Origin: Bacteroidales bacterium | GTDB taxonomy: Bacteria > Bacteroidota > Bacteroidia > Bacteroidales > UBA3663 | Reading direction: 5' to 3' | Length of the DNA: 64,000 bases | Assembly: GCA_017618715.1 (NCBI GenBank) | Contig: JAFZTS010000054.1 | Location: 37,298-101,297, forward strand | Shown here: positions 58,787 to 64,000 of the stretch, piece after piece | How positions within the stretch are numbered: the stretch's first letter is position 1 | Layout of the letters: every line of letters starts with the position of its first letter | The notes under the pieces: generated by a model | Database searches by the model: none | What the model saw: only the letters and a program-made list of their open reading frames with translations | Told to the model about the DNA's origin: nothing | Translations under genes and position numbers: made by a program

Positions 58787-61700
58787 ATGAAAAATCTTTA
58801 CAAATGTTTGGCATTGATGCTGGCATTGACGACCAATGCCGTCATGGCTCAAGAAGTGAGTGTCGATGAGGCACAAAACCGTGCCGTCGAATTCCTGAAG
58901 AAACATGATGTTGCTGCGAAACGGGCCAAGGGGACGGAGGCCGTCCCACAACTCTCGCTTGCCTATACCTCGAAGAGTGAGGGCAGGACTTGTTTCTACA
59001 TTTTCAATACGAACGAAGACGATGGCTTCGTCATCGTGGGTGGCGACGAGGTTGCCCATGAGATCCTCGGCTACTGCGACCATGGCTCGTTCGACTACGA
59101 CAAGGCTCCCGACAACTTCAAGTGGTGGCTCGGCCAATATACCGAGCAGATTGCTCGGGCAGATGCTTCTGCTGTTGGAATGCGTAGAGCGAAGGCTGCA
59201 ACGTCTTCACGTGCACAAATTGACCCATTGATCCAGACGAAATGGAGTCAAGAGGAACCTTATAATAGTAAAATTGTTGGAATCTCTGCTGATAATCAAG
59301 AATCTACGGGTTTTGTAACTGGTTGTGTAGCTACTGCCATGGCTCAGGTGATGAAGTTTTGGGAGTGTCCGACCCAGGGCCAAGGTAGTTATAGTTATGA
59401 AAATGATGGCCTCACTTTCTCGGCAAATTTCGGCAACACGACCTATGACTGGGGAAATATGCTTCAAACCTATAACGGAAACGAGATCGGAGCGACCGCA
59501 GATGCAGTGGGAACCTTGATGTTCCATGCAGGTGTGTCGGTTAACATGAATTACGGAGTTGATGGTTCAAGTGCCAACTTCGGAGAAATCGGATATGCGC
59601 TGGCCACCTACTTTGGTTACGATAAATCGGCGCGCAATGAATCCCGCGGCTGTTATTCTGATGAAGCTTGGGAAGATCTTGTGTATGATGAACTGAAAGC
59701 TGGACGCCCCGTTCTCTATAGTGGACAAGCAGATAATGGCGGCCACGAATTCATTTGCGATGGTTATAACAAATCATACGAAATGTTCACGTTCAACTGG
59801 GGCTGGAATGGATGGTGCGACGGATGTTATCCACTGACTGGCACCGATGCTCTGAAACCCAATGGTAACGGCATCGGTGGCGCTGGCGAGGGCTCTGCCT
59901 ACACGGGCGATCAGATGATAACTATCAATGTAAAGCCAAATCAAGGAGGCTCAGACGTTGTTCATTTGGTTCAACATGATCAATCTTATCGTGGTTGTGA
60001 TAATCATATGTTTCTGGAAGTAGGCAGCAATACTTATGATACAAATTATGATTATACCCATTCAACAAATAGTCAGGCCTTTTACCTGTATTCTACATAT
60101 CAAAATGTCAGTTGTATCGCGACAAAATTTGAGATTGGTGTAAAGGCTTTTGAAAAGACTACTGGTATCTGCTATTATTGGGAAAGTGATAGTGATGAAC
60201 TCGAAAGAGGTCATTTTTGGTACGATCCTCAATGGTTCGTTTTTTATCCCAAAGATCTCACTTATAATGGCGTTTATGAATTACGTCCTGTATGTCGTGT
60301 AGAAGGCGGCACAGATGCCGACTGGAATGAGATAGATATTCTAACATTTGAAACATATCCGACCCTAACAGTTTCGGGAGCTATGGATCCTGAGCCCGTT
60401 GACATTACCTTCTCTATTGATGAGAATACTGTTGAGGTGGCAAGAACCCTCCAAATCACTCATAACTCCAACTATACGGGTGCTATCACATATTCTTCAA
60501 GCAATCCGAATGTAGCTACCGTAGATGAAAACGGCATTATTACGGGCGTTTCTGTGGGTAGCGCAACAATCACAGTCCATGGGCAACAAGAAGGTTTTTA
60601 TAATGAAACGATTACCACGTTTGATATTACAGTTACTGCTTTGGTGAAGGAAGATGTAACCTTTACCATCAGCAACACAAGCGTGAAGCAGAATAAGACA
60701 CTCCAGATTAGTTGGACTGAGGACTATGACGGTACTCCACAATTCTCCAGCAGCGATGAATCGATAGCTACTGTTGACGAATCTGGCATTGTAACTGGTA
60801 TCGGTGATGGTACTGTAACTATCACCGCAACAGCACCTGCTACCACGTTCTTCAATGAGGCCGTACAGCAGTTCACAGTCACAGTTGTAAGTGGAGGAAT
60901 TGTAATGGTCGAAGAACCTTATTTCAATAATGATAATAATGTGTATGAAGATGATCTTGTTTTGCATTTCAAGATCATGAATGCTACTGCAGAAGCAACA
61001 AAAATTAAACTTCATTATCTTCTTGAAGTTTACATTCCCGAGACTTCAACTACCCATTCATTGAGGTATAATTATTATATTTCTGCAGAACCTGATGAGG
61101 TGATATCGGGTACTCTTGACCTTTCCATCTGGCCCGCTAATTATGAGCAAATTCATTTCACGCCCAATGCGGAATATACCATTAAATTATATAAGGGAGA
61201 GGAAGAAACCGAAGATAACGAATACGAATATCCATCAGTCACCTTCACCTACCGCAACAAGCTGAACATCTCCGATTATCAAGTATGTCCTGCCGGCTAC
61301 GGCACCCTCATTCTGCCATTCAATGCCGAAGTACCTGATGATATGACCGTATATCTTTGCACAGATGTCGATGAAAATGGTGTCCTGACTTTGGTTGAGG
61401 ATGAGAGCATCCGTCGCAACGTGCCTTACATTGTAAAGGCTACACCCTACAAAGACTACTCCTTCGTTGGTCCCGAGGCTATCGATGCTGACAAACCTTC
61501 ATTTGACGAAGGCATTATGGTGGGAGCTGTTGCCGATAATGTTTCACTCAAAGCCAATACCGACTATATCCTCCAGATGCAGGGAAATGAGGCAGCATTC
61601 TACAAATATACGGGCACTCCTGCTGACCGTAAGGCCGCACAGTTCCGTGCCTTCATTCGAATGCCTTCCGGTGCTTCAGCAGCTCCAAGCTTTGCTTTGC

Positions 61701-61861
61701 CTGACACCAACGGAGAGGAAGGCATCGAGATGATCAATGTTGATAAGTTGCTCCCCACTGGCATCTACTCCATCGACGGCAAGCGGTTGAACGAGTTACA
61801 GAAGGGCATGAATGTGATTGTCCTGGATGATGGCACTGCTAAGAAAGTGTTTGTCAAATAA
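58787..61861 (+). CDS. C10 (streptopain-family) cysteine peptidase with prodomain, two Ig-like (Big_2) repeats and T9SS CTD
   Basis: GFVIVGGD prodomain; TGCVATAMAQVM (Cys), GGHEFICDGY (His), NWGWNG; SSNPNVATVDENG-type motif twice. Confidence 0.92.
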   Translation: MKNLYKCLALMLALTTNAVMAQEVSVDEAQNRAVEFLKKHDVAAKRAKGTEAVPQLSLAYTSKSEGRTCFYIFNTNEDDGFVIVGGDEVAHEILGYCDHGSFDYDKAPDNFKWWLGQYTEQIARADASAVGMRRAKAATSSRAQIDPLIQTKWSQEEPYNSKIVGISADNQESTGFVTGCVATAMAQVMKFWECPTQGQGSYSYENDGLTFSANFGNTTYDWGNMLQTYNGNEIGATADAVGTLMFHAGVSVNMNYGVDGSSANFGEIGYALATYFGYDKSARNESRGCYSDEAWEDLVYDELKAGRPVLYSGQADNGGHEFICDGYNKSYEMFTFNWGWNGWCDGCYPLTGTDALKPNGNGIGGAGEGSAYTGDQMITINVKPNQGGSDVVHLVQHDQSYRGCDNHMFLEVGSNTYDTNYDYTHSTNSQAFYLYSTYQNVSCIATKFEIGVKAFEKTTGICYYWESDSDELERGHFWYDPQWFVFYPKDLTYNGVYELRPVCRVEGGTDADWNEIDILTFETYPTLTVSGAMDPEPVDITFSIDENTVEVARTLQITHNSNYTGAITYSSSNPNVATVDENGIITGVSVGSATITVHGQQEGFYNETITTFDITVTALVKEDVTFTISNTSVKQNKTLQISWTEDYDGTPQFSSSDESIATVDESGIVTGIGDGTVTITATAPATTFFNEAVQQFTVTVVSGGIVMVEEPYFNNDNNVYEDDLVLHFKIMNATAEATKIKLHYLLEVYIPETSTTHSLRYNYYISAEPDEVISGTLDLSIWPANYEQIHFTPNAEYTIKLYKGEEETEDNEYEYPSVTFTYRNKLNISDYQVCPAGYGTLILPFNAEVPDDMTVYLCTDVDENGVLTLVEDESIRRNVPYIVKATPYKDYSFVGPEAIDADKPSFDEGIMVGAVADNVSLKANTDYILQMQGNEAAFYKYTGTPADRKAAQFRAFIRMPSGASAAPSFALPDTNGEEGIEMINVDKLLPTGIYSIDGKRLNELQKGMNVIVLDDGTAKKVFVK

Positions 61862-61902
61862 TTTCCACTTTGTTTTAGAAACAATAATAAAAGGCTACAA
61901 CA

Positions 61903-62061
61903 ATGAAAAAATATTATAACACCCCCGAAATTAGCGTCATCAATATAGAGAACCTTGAAGTCATTTCGACATCGGGCGAACCTAAAATGTCGAACAATTC
62001 CGCTGATGGGAGCCAGCAATGGGGCAAACATCGCGCGAGCATCTGGGATGACGAAGAGTAA
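61903..62061 (+). CDS. 52-aa small peptide, MKKxYNTP family (copy 2)
   Basis: MKKYYNTPEISVINIENLEVISTSGEPKMSNNSADGSQQWGKHRASIWDDEE; lies between the C10 stop and the operon terminator. Confidence 0.75.
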   Translation: MKKYYNTPEISVINIENLEVISTSGEPKMSNNSADGSQQWGKHRASIWDDEE

Positions 62062-62085
62062 CTGCGTTCTTCTCCTATCTATCAT

Positions 62086-62120
62086 AAAGCAGCCTTGACC
62101 AATTTGGCCAAGGCTGTTTT
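62086..62120. terminator. Bidirectional terminator
   Basis: aaagcagccttgacc-aattt-ggccaaggctgtttt. Confidence 0.78.
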
Positions 62121-62121
62121 T

Positions 62122-62511
62122 TTACGGGTTCTTCTTCATATACGCACGGGGAGAGTCGCCCATCACATCACGGAACTTCAGGAAAAATGCTTTTTTCGAT
62201 ACGAAGCCCGACTCGGCAGCAACATTTTCCAATGACATGTTCGGATGCTCCCTCATTAACTGGATGGAGTATTCGATGCGTTTTCGGTTGATGTAACTGG
62301 TAAACGAGATTCCAAAGGACGAATTGATCGCCCTGGAAACATACAAGCGGTTGGTGGCAAGCTCTTTGGCAACATCCTTGATAGTTAGGTCTGGGTTGCG
62401 GTACAGTTGCCAGTCTTTCATAGAAGCTTCGATACGTTGTATCAGATCATCCATACGTGATATATTATAAGAGAAGTCAAGAGGGAAAGATATAGGTTTT
62501 GTAGATTTCAA
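62122..62511 (-). CDS. Stand-alone AraC-type HTH protein
   Basis: YRNPDLTIKDVA..LATNR.YVS..IN...G.SF..YIN..RI, SGF.S...F...F...G.SP; start uncertain. Confidence 0.85.
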   Translation of the reverse strand: MKSTKPISFPLDFSYNISRMDDLIQRIEASMKDWQLYRNPDLTIKDVAKELATNRLYVSRAINSSFGISFTSYINRKRIEYSIQLMREHPNMSLENVAAESGFVSKKAFFLKFRDVMGDSPRAYMKKNP

Positions 62512-62793
62512 TTATCCGATGCAAAAATATACCTTTTTTCTCAATAATACAAATTCCTGCTATATTACGGCTATATATTTAACTTTTTTTAAGAAATGGG
62601 GGGGGTAAAATTGAAAGTTAATTCATTAATTATTCTATTCAGATAGTCTTTTAGCTTATTAATTCTTTGTAAAAACAACAACAAGGACCACAAAGCATGA
62701 AAAAATTGGTACGAATAGCATTTTTTTCAACCTAAATTAGGTTATATGAAAAAAAAGCTTTACCTTTGCGCCAAACAAACCACAAACATTGCA

Positions 62794-64000
62794 ATGAAAT
62801 CCATAACGCTACCAATCTTGTTCTTATGTTGTGTTGTGCCCTTCCTAACCTTCGGGCAAACCAAACCGCTTCCCAAATGGGCAACCACCAACCCGATATC
62901 TACAGCCACCGTCAAGAAGGCCGTTGCCTCGGGAGCGACACTTGACGAAGCCCGACACAACGCCGTCAACATTCTGGTCAGCCAGAAAGCAACCAACCGA
63001 TACGAAGAAGGTTCTTACCAGTACACGCTCATCGAACGTGGGCAGTCACCCGTGGAACAACATTCCGCATTGGTGAAGATTGCCGAACAGAGTGCCTATT
63101 TCAAGACCGTCAAGACTTTCGAAGCGGATGATCAGAGCTACATTTCCTGTGAGATTTCCGACCAGGACTATCGGGCATTCTGCGACTCGTTGTATTCGTC
63201 CACGGTTCAGATTGCCGATTCCATGGCCATGCGTGCCGAGGCTTTGAAGCAGGCAGGTGAGCTCTTCACGGCCGCCGATGTCTATTGCAGGGCACTTCAG
63301 CAGCTGGTTCCCATACTACACAAGCAGATTATCAGCCGCGATTTCGATTTGGTCGAAGTGCTGCATCAAGGGTATCTGCACAGCATGGACAGCATCATCT
63401 GGACTTTCGACAGAAAGACCTGCCCCATGGTGCCTGGCGAAGATATTCCCGTGGCCATTTATGCTACTGCTACCTATAACGGCAGGCCTGTGCCCGGATT
63501 GCCTGTCTCCTTTACCCTCAGCGATGGTGGAAAATTGAACAGTTCGCCCATGACCGATGCATCGGGAAAGGCCAAAGTCCACATCACCGAAGCACCCAAT
63601 AAAGATAATGCCACGTTGACCGTTAGCCTGAACAAACAGTCGCTCCTTGACTTGCCCAAACATATTTTCTCAGGCGAGCTGCCATTGAGGCTCATGGAGC
63701 AGCTGCGTACCGCCCAACTTACGCTGAAAACATTCGACCCAACGCCATTCGTTTATCTGGACCTTTCGGAAGAGGATTTCGCCACCATTGGTGATTCCTT
63801 GATGTTTATCATTGAAAGGAATGGATATAAATGCATCAAGGATCGCGGAGCCGCCGATCTCGAGCTCAAATCAAAATGCATACTGGAACGCGATGGCTCC
63901 CCCACTACTGGAAAATACCAGATGCAATATCACCTTTGTGGCATGACCGTTGCGTTTTACGACCATCGTTCGGGCCAAACGCTTACTACATGTAGTAAGA
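62794..64000 (+). CDS. Secreted hypothetical protein (LPP20-like N-terminus, Ig-like segment), runs off the window
   Basis: Open from MKSITLPILFLCC... to the window end; P.W...EARHNA, GLPVSF...TDASGKA; TACCTTTG at 62761-62768. Confidence 0.65.
   Translation, partial: MKSITLPILFLCCVVPFLTFGQTKPLPKWATTNPISTATVKKAVASGATLDEARHNAVNILVSQKATNRYEEGSYQYTLIERGQSPVEQHSALVKIAEQSAYFKTVKTFEADDQSYISCEISDQDYRAFCDSLYSSTVQIADSMAMRAEALKQAGELFTAADVYCRALQQLVPILHKQIISRDFDLVEVLHQGYLHSMDSIIWTFDRKTCPMVPGEDIPVAIYATATYNGRPVPGLPVSFTLSDGGKLNSSPMTDASGKAKVHITEAPNKDNATLTVSLNKQSLLDLPKHIFSGELPLRLMEQLRTAQLTLKTFDPTPFVYLDLSEEDFATIGDSLMFIIERNGYKCIKDRGAADLELKSKCILERDGSPTTGKYQMQYHLCGMTVAFYDHRSGQTLTTCSK

Noticed and set aside
55884-62061. 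Lasso peptide cluster call for the two small peptides
   Set aside because: No cyclase, leader peptidase or RRE gene nearby, and copy 2 has no Asp/Glu at core positions 7-9
62598-62605. G8 tract (and C7 near 34571) as phase-variation sites
   Set aside because: Short, intergenic and not within an identifiable promoter spacer or ORF
1-64000. tRNA, rRNA, IS, integrase or prophage
   Set aside because: No cloverleaf, rRNA-like stretch, or transposase/recombinase/phage motif was seen

Overview
Bacteroidales (Prevotella-like) chromosomal segment, judged from TAnnTTTG -7 promoter elements, SusC/SusD, a hybrid two-component system and many T9SS C-terminal domains. It holds housekeeping genes (mrp, trmB, pepD, udk, a TrmH-family methylase, lpxH, sufT, argS), a compact HTCS-SusC-SusD-GH115 PUL, GH31 and GH18 enzymes, and about ten secreted T9SS cargo proteins (S8 and C10 peptidases, BspA-type LRR proteins, an Omp28-like CxxC protein, a lipase-like hydrolase, two divergent CotH kinases). 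I saw no tRNA, rRNA, transposase, integrase or cas gene. The most unusual signals are non-coding or below the ORF cutoff: (1) a dyad-symmetric multi-hairpin element with covarying stems and CAAT/ATTG loops, present twice (34303-34450, 37313-37592), each between a promoter and a T9SS cargo gene; (2) an 8-unit array of 41-42 bp imperfect palindromes (10688-11010); (3) two homologous 52-53 aa MKKxYNTP...WD peptides bracketing the CotH-C10 operon; (4) a 9-bp minisatellite present in-frame in three unrelated genes; (5) a relic copy of the last 15 codons of the TonB-dependent receptor gene. All family assignments come from motif recognition by eye; no database search was run.
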